This document shows, in pieces, positions 10,252 through 19,074 of a stretch of 64,000 nucleotides of DNA. A program made the translations under genes and the position numbers. Source of the stretch: Verrucomicrobiota bacterium (GTDB taxonomy: Bacteria; Verrucomicrobiota; Verrucomicrobiia; Limisphaerales; SIBE01); NCBI GenBank assembly GCA_016209525.1, contig JACQWK010000220.1:32842-96841 (forward strand). The letters are read 5' to 3'. The notes beneath the pieces are model-generated. The model did not search any database. It worked only from the letters and a program-made list of their open reading frames with translations, and was not told the origin of the DNA. How positions within the stretch are numbered: position 1 is the stretch's first letter; every line of letters starts with the position of its first letter.

Positions 10252-11820
10252 ATGGCATTCGACTCCTTCCGGGAATTCGTCAACCAAGTGGACCGCGCGG
10301 GCGAACTCATCCGCATTTCCCAACCGGTCGCCACCGAGCTTGAGATCACCGAACTGGCCGACCGCCAGATGAAATCGTCCGGCGGCGGCAAAGCGTTGCT
10401 GGTCGAGAAGCCCACGCTGAACGGACAGATTAGCCCATTTCCCGTGGCCATCAACACGCTCGGCTCCTGGAAACGCATGGCCATGAGCATGGGCGCCAAT
10501 TCCGTGGATGAGGTCGCGGCCGAGCTCGGTTCGCTCATGAAAGCCAAACCGCCCACATCTTTCAAGGAAGCCATCAAGCTCCTTTCGACCGCCCTCGATC
10601 TCCGCCACGCCAAGCCCAAGCTCGTGAAAGACGGTCCCTGCAAAGAAGTGATCCACAAATTCGACGCCCCGGTTACACGCACCGATCCGTGGCCGAGCGC
10701 TCCACCGATTACTGATCCACTGATTACTGATCACTCGGCCGTGCGAAGTAATCAGTATTCAGTAATCAGTAACCAGTGCCCGACCCTGCTCAACCTGCCG
10801 ATCCAAAAATGCTGGCCCCTCGACGGCGGACGCTTCATCACCTTGCCTTGCGTCGTCACCCAAGATCCCGATACCGGCGAGCGCAACGTCGGCATGTATC
10901 GGATTCAAATCTACGACGACCGCACCACCGGCATGCACTGGCAACTCCAGAAAGTCGGTGCCCGACATGGCCGCCGTTACTACGAAACGGGCACCCGCAT
11001 GCCCGTTGCCATTTTCCTCGGTGGCGACCCCGTCTTTACTTTCGCCGCGACCGCGCCACTGCCCGACGGCCTCGATGAATTCCTCCTCGCCGGCTACCTG
11101 CGAAAAAAATCAGTGGAACTAGTCCGATGCGCCACCTGTGATTTGGAAGTGCCCGCGAACGCCGATTTCGTCATTGAAGGCTACGTTGATCCGCGCGAGC
11201 CGCTGCGCGAGGAAGGCCCGTTCGGCGACCACACCGGCTACTACACGCTGCCCGAGCCGTATCCCGTCTTCCACGTCACCGCGATCACGCATCGGAAGGA
11301 TGCGGTCTATCCGGCGACCATCGTGGGGATTCCGCCCATGGAAGACTTTTACATTGGAAGCGCCTCGGTGAAGCTCTTCCTGCCGATCTTTAGGATGAAC
11401 TTCCCGGAGGTCGTCGATATGGCGCTGCCTGCGGAAGGCGTGTTCCACAACCTCGTCTTTGTGAGCATCAAGAAGACCTACCCGATGCAAGCCTACAAAA
11501 TCATGTACGGCCTCTGGGGCATGGGCCAAATGATGTTCACCAAATACATCGTGGTGGTGGACGACGACGTGGATGTTCACAATACAAGTGAAGTGCTGTT
11601 CCGGCTGTGTGCGAACACAGACCCCCAGCGTGATTCCATTTTCACCAAAGGGCCAGCCGACGTTTTGGACCATGCTACCTCTGAAATCGCCATCGGGACA
11701 AAGCTGGGAATAGATGCTACGCGCAAACTCGCCGGTGAAGGATTCCAAAGACCGTGGCCGCCGTTAATCAAAATGGATGAAACCGTCAAACAAAAAATTG
11801 ACCACCTCTCCAATCGCTGA
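10252..11820 (+). CDS. UbiD-family (prenyl-FMN dependent) decarboxylase, menaquinone/ubiquinone biosynthesis type
   Basis: MAFDSFREFVNQVDRAGELIRISQPV.., CWPLDGGRFITLPCVVTQDPDTGERNVGMYRIQIYD..TGMHWQ, GPFGDHTGYY. Carries an atypical insert (see the repeat at 10707). Confidence 0.9.
   Translation: MAFDSFREFVNQVDRAGELIRISQPVATELEITELADRQMKSSGGGKALLVEKPTLNGQISPFPVAINTLGSWKRMAMSMGANSVDEVAAELGSLMKAKPPTSFKEAIKLLSTALDLRHAKPKLVKDGPCKEVIHKFDAPVTRTDPWPSAPPITDPLITDHSAVRSNQYSVISNQCPTLLNLPIQKCWPLDGGRFITLPCVVTQDPDTGERNVGMYRIQIYDDRTTGMHWQLQKVGARHGRRYYETGTRMPVAIFLGGDPVFTFAATAPLPDGLDEFLLAGYLRKKSVELVRCATCDLEVPANADFVIEGYVDPREPLREEGPFGDHTGYYTLPEPYPVFHVTAITHRKDAVYPATIVGIPPMEDFYIGSASVKLFLPIFRMNFPEVVDMALPAEGVFHNLVFVSIKKTYPMQAYKIMYGLWGMGQMMFTKYIVVVDDDVDVHNTSEVLFRLCANTDPQRDSIFTKGPADVLDHATSEIAIGTKLGIDATRKLAGEGFQRPWPPLIKMDETVKQKIDHLSNR
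10707..10774. repeat. Palindromic ACTGAT-unit element embedded in-frame in the UbiD-family CDS
   Basis: Left arm GATTACTGATCCACTGATTACTGATCACT. Right arm AGTAATCAGTATTCAGTAATCAGTAACC (imperfect inverted repeat). Translated as PITDPLITDHSAVRSNQYSVISNQ. Confidence 0.7.
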
Positions 11821-11996
11821 TGAACGGCACAGAACCAATCCTCTCCGTCGCCTTCTTCCGCATCGCTTCCGGCAACGAACCTGTGCGCGAATGGCTCAAA
11901 TCCCTGCCGCGCGAAGAACCCCGCATCATCGGCGAAGACATCAAGACCGTGGCCTCCGATAATTCAATCGAGCGAAGAAGTCCGTCGAAAAATTGA
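11820..11996 (+). pseudogene. Truncated RelE/HigB-type (phage Gp49-like) toxin fragment
   Basis: 58-codon ORF, below the ORF-track cutoff; its ATG overlaps the ubiD stop. It reads MNGTEPILSVAFFRIASGNEPVREWLKSLPREEPRIIGEDIKTV and then diverges (ASDNSIERRSPSKN*). The N-terminal pattern matches killer-protein toxins, but only about 45 aa remain. Confidence 0.4.
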
Positions 11997-12017
11997 CGCG
12001 CTGTTCAAAACCAACCC

Positions 12018-12039
12018 GCAGCAGCCGACGTGAGGAGGC
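12018..12039. repeat. Half-copy of the GCCGCCGA-GGAGGCGG hairpin family
   Basis: GCAGCAGCCGACGTGAGGAGGC, near-identical to 4668-4689. Confidence 0.5.
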
Positions 12040-12316
12040 TCAACTGGCCGTGAATCCCAACGGGATTCCGTCCCAAAGCCCAAGGTAGCTCGCTCCTCGC
12101 AACCTTGGGCTAGAGGCCACAATCCCTTTGGGATTTCCCGGACACGTTTCCCGCCAGACCAACTTCATGTTGCATATGCAACAATAGTTTGTCCTGTGTC
12201 ACGCGCGGATGAACGTGCGCAATTGCCGGCCGGCTCCACGCTTCGCTGGTTAGCAAAGGCGGATTTCAGATGCGCCGGCCTCCTTCGGGGCTGATTCAGG
12301 ATTCGCATGAACGGCC

Positions 12317-12386
12317 GTAGCCGCCGAGGTGACCAGGCGGACATTGTTGCCAGCGCGGAAATCCGCCTCCTCACGGCGGCGGCTAC
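12317..12386. repeat. 70-bp hairpin element, family 1 copy a
   Basis: GTAGCCGCCGAGGTGACCAGGCGGACATTGTTGCCAGCGCGGAAATCCGCCTCCTCACGGCGGCGGCTAC; the two arms are complementary. Confidence 0.8.
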
Positions 12387-12499
12387 GGATTCTTGAATCC
12401 GCCCTCCAGTCTCCTCCCAGCGACGATTCCAAAGCTCGACAGGGCAAAGCCTAGTTGTCACACTGGCCGTCGTTAGCACGGAAGCGCAGCCAGACCCAA

Positions 12500-15400
12500 A
12501 TGTCATTCGCCGTGAAGGCCGAGAACGTTATGCACCATCTCGTTCGATCCACTCTTGCCTCGTTGATCCGCGGAAATCGCAGCTCCTGGATCCGCGCCGC
12601 GATTCTCCTGGCCGCGATCACCTGGTTAAATCCCGCCGTTCGCGCGGACGCCTCGACCGCAACGCCCGATACGAGCCCGCCCACTGTGGCCGCCGTTGTT
12701 CCGGCCGCCGGCGAGATTCTCTTCGAATTGACGCAGGTCGAGGTCATTTTCAGTGAAAGCGTCGTCGGTGTGGATGCGGCCGACCTGTTGGTCAACGGCG
12801 TGGGCGCGACCAACGTAACGGCGCCTTCGCCTCGCGACTACATCTTCTACTTCCCGCAGCCGGCGTTCGGCGAAGTGAAGTTGTCTTGGGCCGGCCACCA
12901 CGGGATCACCGATCTGGCCACTCCCGCCAATGCCTTCACGGGGACCCCATGGGGCTTCACTTTGAGCTCGAATCGCCCGAAGCCCAATCTGATCATTTCC
13001 GAGTTTCTGACCGACAACACCGCCGGGATTAAAGACGAGAACGGCACGCGATCCGATTGGATCGAGCTCCTGAATCTCGGCTCCGACGCCGTCAACCTGG
13101 AGGGTTGGTATTTGACCGATGATCCCGCCCTGTTGACGAAATGGCGTTTTCCAGAAGTCCCATTGGCCCCCAACTCATATCTACGGGTTTGGGCATCGGC
13201 GAAGGATAGAGCCGATGCCGCCACGCCATTGCACACAAACTTCAAATTGGCCAGTGAAGGGGGTTATCTCGCCTTGGTGGATCCGGCTAAGGAGGTTGTT
13301 TCTTCCTTTGGGCCGTCCTACCCGCCGCAAAGGCCGAACATTTCGTATGGCCGCGACCGAGTAGATCCTTCGCTGACGGGCTACTTTCAAAGCTCGACTC
13401 CCGGGACGACCAATTTGGTAAGCGGATCGGGCTTTGCGCCGGACCCGGTGTTCTCCGTCAAAGGCGGGGTCTTTACGAACGAGAGTCTGACGGTCGAAAT
13501 CATCGCGCCGGCCGGCGAAATCCGATACACGTTGGATGGCACCATGCCGGCGCTCACTTCGACGAATTACACGCAGCCGCTGCGGCTGACGAACAACACC
13601 GTGATCAATGCCCGAGTTTTCAGAGACGGCTTGCTCCCGAGCCAAATTGTAGTCCAGACCTACAGCTTCCTCTCGCCGAGCATGACCAACTTCAGTTCGA
13701 ATCTGCCGATCCTGATCATCAACACCGCCGGGAAGCCGCTGACGCAGGACCGCCGCCAACGCGCCGTCCTGGCAGGCTTCCACGTCAAAGATGGACGGGC
13801 ACGATTGCTCGATCAGCCGTATTTTCAAACGGTGGCGCAGATCGAAGTGCGCGGCCAAACCTCGGCAGGATTTCCGAAGGTTCCGTACAACGTGGAAATC
13901 AACGATCCCTACGGCAACGACGTGGAAGTTCCGCTCTTGGGTCTGCCGGCGGAGTCGGACTGGGTATTAAACAATCCGTATTCAGACAAGCCCTTCATGA
14001 ATAACGCGCTGATCTTCGAGCTCCATCGGCAGATGGGGCATTACGCGCCGCGAACGGCGTGGGTCGAAGTGTTCTTAAAATCGAGCCAAGGCCGTTTGAA
14101 CTATCCGTCCGATTACAAGGGCCTCTACATGCTCTCGGAGAAAATCAAGGTCGATAACAACCGCGTGGACCTCGCACGAATGACGCCCGCGGACATCGCA
14201 GAGCCCGGCGTCTCCGGCGGTTATATCATCAAGAAAGACAAGGACAGCCCCGGCGACGCGAACTTTTCCACCGCCGGTGGAAGAGGCTTCGCCGGGCAGG
14301 CGCTCAAATACCACGAACCCAAGCCGCGCGAAATCACGACGACCCAAAAAAACTGGATTCGCAACTACCTCAATCAATTTGAGCGGAGTCTGTATGCCAC
14401 CAACTGGCTCAGCCTCACCGGGACCAACCATTATTCCTCCTACATCGACCAGGATTCGTTCGTGGATTACCACTGGATCGTCGAATTCAGCAAACAGATT
14501 GACGGCTACCGACTCAGCAACTACATGCGGAAAGAACGGGGCGGCAAGCTCAAGATGGAGCCAATCTGGGACTGGAACCTGGCCTGGGGCAATGCGGACT
14601 ACCTCGAAGGAGAACGAACCAACGGCTGGTACTATTCCCTCTTGGGTGACTCCGAGCATATCTGGCTCCGCCGGATGATCAGCGGAACGACTGCCGCCAG
14701 CGGCAAGACCGGCGATCCGGATTTCAACCAAAAGATCACCGACCGCTGGAGTGAATTGCGGACGAATATTCTGAATGCAACGTCCGTGGTCGCTCGCGTC
14801 AACGAAATCGCCTCCTACCTCAGAGAAGCCGCGGAGCGTGATTTTGCCCGGTGGCCACGCCTCGGCGTGTACGTTTGGCCGAACCCGCAGATTTACGTCA
14901 GGCCGCGTAATTACGCCGGCATCATTTCCAACATGAACAATTGGATTCAAGGACGCTACGCCTGGATTGACCGCCAGTTTCCGCGAGTGCCTCAACTCAG
15001 CCGTCCTGGAGGACGAATTGCGGAAGGTTCCAGCCTCACTCTGTTCGCACCCACAGGGACGGTCTTTTACACCGCCAATGGGACCGATCCTCGGCTGCCC
15101 GGCGGCCGAATCAGTCCGGAGGCCAAACCATTCGCCGGCCAGCCTGTCCTTCTCACCGCAAATGCCCGGATCATGGCGCGGACTCTGCAAGGCACAAACA
15201 CGTGGAGCGGCCCCGTTGCTGCGACCTACGTCGTCCAGCCTCCGCCTTTGGTGGTGAGCGAAATTATGTATCATGCCGCCCGGCCTGCGTCGGGGAGCAC
15301 GAATTCGACTGAGGACTTCTCATTCCTCGAGTTGCGGAACATTGGGAGCCGCCCGCTCGACCTGGTCGGTTTCCGCATTTCGCGAGGAATTGACTACACC

Positions 15401-17110
15401 TTCACTGCGGCCAGCGGCGTCACGGTCTTGCAGCCAGGAGCTTATGTGGTACTCGTTGAAAACCAGGCCGCCTTCACGTCGCGCTATCCCAGCGCCGTCA
15501 ACATCGCCGGGAAATACTCCGGCAGCCTCAACAACGGAGGTGAACGCATCTTGATTGAAGGCCCTCTCCTGGAACCAGTCGCCGATTTCTCCTACGACAA
15601 TCGCTGGCATCCCGCCACGGATGGGCACGGTTTTTCGTTGGTCCTCGTGAACGAGAATGCGGCCCCGGATAATGCCTCGGTTCGCTCGACGTGGCGTCCG
15701 AGCAGCCGCGCCGGCGGCTCACCAGGCCAGGCTGATCCGGCGCCGCCAGCTCTGCCGGCGGTATTGGTCAACGAAACTCTTCCGAATTCCGTGCCGCCGC
15801 AGGTCGATGGCGTGGAACTCTTCAACCCCGGCACCACGCCTGCCGACATCAGCGGGTGGTTCCTCACGGACGACCTGCGCGATCCGAAGAAATACCGCAT
15901 CGCCAGTCCCACGGTTATCCCCGCCCAGGGGTATCTGCTTCTCGATGAGAAAAGGTTCAACGCCGGCAGCTCCGGCGGCTTTGCTTTCAATGACGCAGGT
16001 GAAGAGGTGTATCTCTTGTCCGGAGACGGCGCCAGCTTGACGGGCTACGGCCACGGATTTCAGTTTGGCGCATCTGCGGGCGGCGTGAGCTTCGGACGCC
16101 TCGTTACGAGCACGGGCGATGAACGCTTCGTCGCCCAACGCCAGACGACCTTAGGCGCGGCCAATGCGGGTCCGATGATTGGTCCCATCGTCATCAGCGA
16201 AATCATGTACCAACCTCCGCCCGTCGGCTCGACGAACAACATCCTTCACGAATTCGTCGAGATCCGAAACGTCGCTGACCAACCTGTTGGCCTCTTCGAT
16301 GCGGCCGCGCCAACCAACACATGGCGATTGAAAGGTGGAGCAGTGTTCCAATTCCCCGAGAATGTCACGCTCCCACCGAACGGCTCGGCACTTGTCGTCA
16401 ACTTCAACCCTGCCGCTGAACCCAACACGTTGGCCAATTTCCGGGCCAAGTATGGAATCGACCCGAGTGTTGCCCTCTTTGGTCCGTACAAAGGCAATCT
16501 GAGCAACGAAGGCGAACGCATCGGTTTGTACCGCCCGGCGCCGGCGGGTTCGATCCCGGTCCCGTTCGTGCTTGTGGATGAAGTCGATTACTCCAGCGAA
16601 GCTCCCTGGCCGGCCAATGCCGCCGGCACCGGCTTCTCGCTGCAGCGTCGCTCGCAAGATCAGTATGGCAATGATCCCGTGAATTGGCTTGCCGCTGCGC
16701 CGAGTCCAGGTCGAGTGGCGGTCTTGAGCGGCGGCGACAGCGACGGCGATGGTCTGCTTGACGATTGGGAATTGGCCAACTTCGGCAACCTGTTCTCAGG
16801 CCCAGTGGAGGATCCTGATCACGATGGGCTATCGAACAAGGATGAGTCCATCGCCGGCACCTATCCCAAGGATCCAGCGAGTTATCTCCGTGTGGAGAAC
16901 TTGCAGGTGACCGCTGGTTCGGCGCGCCTTGCCTTTAGGGCGGTCGCCGGAAAAACCTACACGGTGCTCTACCGGGACGACCTCGCCAAAGGAACGTGGC
17001 TCAAGCTCACTGATGTGCCGGCGCGGACATCGACCGGCGATGCTCAAGTGACCGATTTATCCAGCCGACCTTCGCGTTTCTACCGGCTGGTGACTCCACA
17101 GAGTCCATGA
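12500..17110 (+). CDS. Giant secreted lamin-tail-domain (LTD) / CotH kinase-family protein
   Basis: ORF 12455..17110 with signal-like AAILLAAITWLNPAVRADA. Four LTD cores (ISEFLTDN..DWIELLNLG..GWYLTDD; VSEIMYH; VNETLPN..VELFNPG..GWFLTDD; ISEIMYQ). CotH core is NLPILIINTAG..IEVRGQTSAGFPKVPYNVEI..YKGLYMLSEKIKVD. Also chitobiase-C-like IRYTLDGTMP, TSP3-like DSDGDGLLDDWE/DPDHDGLSNKDE, and a terminal ..SRFYRLVTP. Confidence 0.85.
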   Translation: MSFAVKAENVMHHLVRSTLASLIRGNRSSWIRAAILLAAITWLNPAVRADASTATPDTSPPTVAAVVPAAGEILFELTQVEVIFSESVVGVDAADLLVNGVGATNVTAPSPRDYIFYFPQPAFGEVKLSWAGHHGITDLATPANAFTGTPWGFTLSSNRPKPNLIISEFLTDNTAGIKDENGTRSDWIELLNLGSDAVNLEGWYLTDDPALLTKWRFPEVPLAPNSYLRVWASAKDRADAATPLHTNFKLASEGGYLALVDPAKEVVSSFGPSYPPQRPNISYGRDRVDPSLTGYFQSSTPGTTNLVSGSGFAPDPVFSVKGGVFTNESLTVEIIAPAGEIRYTLDGTMPALTSTNYTQPLRLTNNTVINARVFRDGLLPSQIVVQTYSFLSPSMTNFSSNLPILIINTAGKPLTQDRRQRAVLAGFHVKDGRARLLDQPYFQTVAQIEVRGQTSAGFPKVPYNVEINDPYGNDVEVPLLGLPAESDWVLNNPYSDKPFMNNALIFELHRQMGHYAPRTAWVEVFLKSSQGRLNYPSDYKGLYMLSEKIKVDNNRVDLARMTPADIAEPGVSGGYIIKKDKDSPGDANFSTAGGRGFAGQALKYHEPKPREITTTQKNWIRNYLNQFERSLYATNWLSLTGTNHYSSYIDQDSFVDYHWIVEFSKQIDGYRLSNYMRKERGGKLKMEPIWDWNLAWGNADYLEGERTNGWYYSLLGDSEHIWLRRMISGTTAASGKTGDPDFNQKITDRWSELRTNILNATSVVARVNEIASYLREAAERDFARWPRLGVYVWPNPQIYVRPRNYAGIISNMNNWIQGRYAWIDRQFPRVPQLSRPGGRIAEGSSLTLFAPTGTVFYTANGTDPRLPGGRISPEAKPFAGQPVLLTANARIMARTLQGTNTWSGPVAATYVVQPPPLVVSEIMYHAARPASGSTNSTEDFSFLELRNIGSRPLDLVGFRISRGIDYTFTAASGVTVLQPGAYVVLVENQAAFTSRYPSAVNIAGKYSGSLNNGGERILIEGPLLEPVADFSYDNRWHPATDGHGFSLVLVNENAAPDNASVRSTWRPSSRAGGSPGQADPAPPALPAVLVNETLPNSVPPQVDGVELFNPGTTPADISGWFLTDDLRDPKKYRIASPTVIPAQGYLLLDEKRFNAGSSGGFAFNDAGEEVYLLSGDGASLTGYGHGFQFGASAGGVSFGRLVTSTGDERFVAQRQTTLGAANAGPMIGPIVISEIMYQPPPVGSTNNILHEFVEIRNVADQPVGLFDAAAPTNTWRLKGGAVFQFPENVTLPPNGSALVVNFNPAAEPNTLANFRAKYGIDPSVALFGPYKGNLSNEGERIGLYRPAPAGSIPVPFVLVDEVDYSSEAPWPANAAGTGFSLQRRSQDQYGNDPVNWLAAAPSPGRVAVLSGGDSDGDGLLDDWELANFGNLFSGPVEDPDHDGLSNKDESIAGTYPKDPASYLRVENLQVTAGSARLAFRAVAGKTYTVLYRDDLAKGTWLKLTDVPARTSTGDAQVTDLSSRPSRFYRLVTPQSP

Positions 17111-17171
17111 TACTCAAAGTGTATCAGTAAAATCCCTCCCCTTGCAGCAGCCGAGGTAACAAGGCCCTCTC

Positions 17172-17199
17172 GAAATTTCAGATTTCAAATTTGAAATTC
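17172..17199. repeat. AT-rich near-palindrome (EISNLK-type REP) between convergent genes
   Basis: GAAATTTCAGATTTCAAATTTGAAATTC. Confidence 0.55.
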
Positions 17200-17249
17200 T
17201 TGAGTCGGAGCATCCTTGCGTCGCCTGCTCCGATTCTGAAGGCGGACTC

Positions 17250-18272
17250 TCAATTAACTCCGGTCTCGAACCCGTGTTGCTTGCGGTGATGCGGGCCGTC
17301 GAACGCTTTGGAGCTCTTGAACAATTCGTGGCGGCCATCGCCCGCTTGGTCGCGCACGCGCTCGCGCAGCGCCAGTTGCTCAGTCTCCGGCATCGGCTTG
17401 AAGTGCCGGCCAACCGACACGTCTTGCCGAAGATCTTCCATCGACATGATCCCGACCACAAGCGAGGCGATGGGTTGGCTGAGAGCATAGCGGATACAAT
17501 CCTGGGCTGATACTCCGGCTTGGGTGGGGATTCTGCCCCGAGGCGCGCCGCCTCCCAGACTCTTCATTCCCAAAGCCGCGACTCCTTTGCTCAGGCACAC
17601 GGGCACGACTTCCTTCTGGAAGCTGCGGTAATGGGCATCCAGCACGTTGATCGGCATTTGCGCGGTCGCCCAGGCGTAGGGTTTATCCAGCATCTTGAGA
17701 TGGATGCGAGGATCTTTGTGTCCCGTGAAACCGATGAAGCGAACTTTGCCGGCCTTTTGTGCCTCGAGCGCGGCCTTGATCCCGCCCTTCTCGAAGACCC
17801 AATCCGGATCATTGTCATACACCATCTCATGAAACTGCCAGAGGTCCAGATGATCGGTCTTGAGCCGGCGCAAGCTCTCTTCGAGATTCCGCATCGAGCC
17901 GGCGTGATCGCGCTCGCAGTTTTTGGTCATCAGAAACACCCGGCCCCGTTTTCCGCCCTGCGCCAACGCCTCGCCCATCCATTCCTCGCTGCGTCCGTCG
18001 TGGTAATCCCAGGCATTGTCGAAAAACGTGATCCCCTCATCGATGGCTGCATGCATGATTCGGATGGCTTCGCTCTTCTCACCGACGGCTCCGATGTGCC
18101 AGCCGCCCAGGCAAAGGATCGGCACGCGGATGCCGGTCCTTCCCAATTCGCGCGTGGGGATGCCTGCTCCGGCATCACGGGTTTGGGCCAACACCCGTTG
18201 GCCGAGCACCGCGGCGGAAGTGACCGCGGCGGCGGTCTCCAGAAACTGACGTCGTGTTTGGCGAGTATTCAT
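17250..18272 (-). CDS. Aldo/keto reductase with twin-arginine (Tat) signal
   Basis: MNTRQTRRQFLETAAAVTSAAVLG, then ITFFDNAWDYHDGRSEE..FLMTK..IGFTGH. ORF runs 17250..18311. Confidence 0.85.
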   Translation of the reverse strand: MNTRQTRRQFLETAAAVTSAAVLGQRVLAQTRDAGAGIPTRELGRTGIRVPILCLGGWHIGAVGEKSEAIRIMHAAIDEGITFFDNAWDYHDGRSEEWMGEALAQGGKRGRVFLMTKNCERDHAGSMRNLEESLRRLKTDHLDLWQFHEMVYDNDPDWVFEKGGIKAALEAQKAGKVRFIGFTGHKDPRIHLKMLDKPYAWATAQMPINVLDAHYRSFQKEVVPVCLSKGVAALGMKSLGGGAPRGRIPTQAGVSAQDCIRYALSQPIASLVVGIMSMEDLRQDVSVGRHFKPMPETEQLALRERVRDQAGDGRHELFKSSKAFDGPHHRKQHGFETGVN

Positions 18273-18397
18273 ACGGGATTCTCCTGATTGAGTTTTGGTC
18301 GTTTCCAACACGTATCCATACGCCGAATCTTAACCGGAGTCACTTGAACGTGCACCGCAATTTTCTAGTCGGCCGTAAGGCCTCAGTTTTGCCCGGC

Positions 18398-18531
18398 GTA
18401 GCGCAGATTTTCAATCTGCTGTATCGCCGAGTTGCACTCGGCTGGCCGTTCGAGACCGCGGGCGTGCTTGGCCATTCGAGGCGTCCGCAGAATGCAATTC
18501 TGCGAAACGGCAGATTGGAAATCTGCGCTAC
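18398..18531. repeat. 134-bp MITE-like element, family 2 copy 1
   Basis: Three GCAGA-N7-TCTGC hairpins (GCAGATTTTCAATCTGC, GCAGAATGCAATTCTGC, GCAGATTGGAAATCTGC). Terminal inverted repeats are GTAGCGCAGATTTTCAATCTGC and GCAGATTGGAAATCTGCGCTAC. Confidence 0.8.
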
Positions 18532-18598
18532 AAACTGCTGGTCTGTGACTGAGCAAGAGTGCCCGGTTACACTCGGCCGGGGGGGTCTCGCCTGTAAC

Positions 18599-18650
18599 GC
18601 GGACACTCCTGTCCGCGCGTTTTCTGGCCCTCGCGGACAGGAGTGTCCGC
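18599..18650. repeat. Pair of GCGGACA..TGTCCGC hairpins
   Basis: GCGGACACTCCTGTCCGC (18599-18616) and its complement GCGGACAGGAGTGTCCGC (18633-18650). The same core occurs at 28013-28034. Confidence 0.7.
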
Positions 18651-18729
18651 ATTACGACTAATTCCTATGCATTCGGCAGCCGCTTTGAGGTTGGAATTCT
18701 TGGTTCGAGCAGTATGCTGGCCGCGTTCG

Positions 18730-18933
18730 ATGCACATCGACCCGATCAGTTCTTACAACGCCTACGTTGCGAAGAACGCTCTGGACCGGCTGAGAGAGTA
18801 TGCTGAACTGGCGGAGCGGCGGATACTGCTCCACGCCAACTATCTTCGCGAGCTGGGGCAAGGCATCAAAAAGATGGAGATGGAGCGCGCCAAAAACGCG
18901 GAGCTTTTCGAGAAGTTCAGAAGAGAGCCTTAG
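18730..18933 (+). CDS. Hypothetical small helical protein
   Basis: MHIDPISSYNAYVAKNALDRLREYAELAERRILLHANYLRELGQGIKKMEMERAKNAELFEKFRREP. Charged helical sequence with no recognisable family; an antisense ORF of equal length also exists. Confidence 0.3.
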   Translation: MHIDPISSYNAYVAKNALDRLREYAELAERRILLHANYLRELGQGIKKMEMERAKNAELFEKFRREP

Positions 18934-19074
18934 CGTCTGACCCGTCACGCTTTGCTCCCAGAGCCGACGCTGGAAGAAGAAACCACGAATGAACGCGAAG
19001 CGACACGAATCAGACAGGTCGATGATCGCTTCGGGCCATTGCGACCGCGCTCATCGTTTGGCGAGCCTGTCTCG

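Noticed and set aside
16540-16565. tRNA-like T-arm motif GGTTCGATCCCGG
   Set aside because: It lies inside the LTD/CotH CDS. I could not build an acceptor stem or anticodon arm around it.
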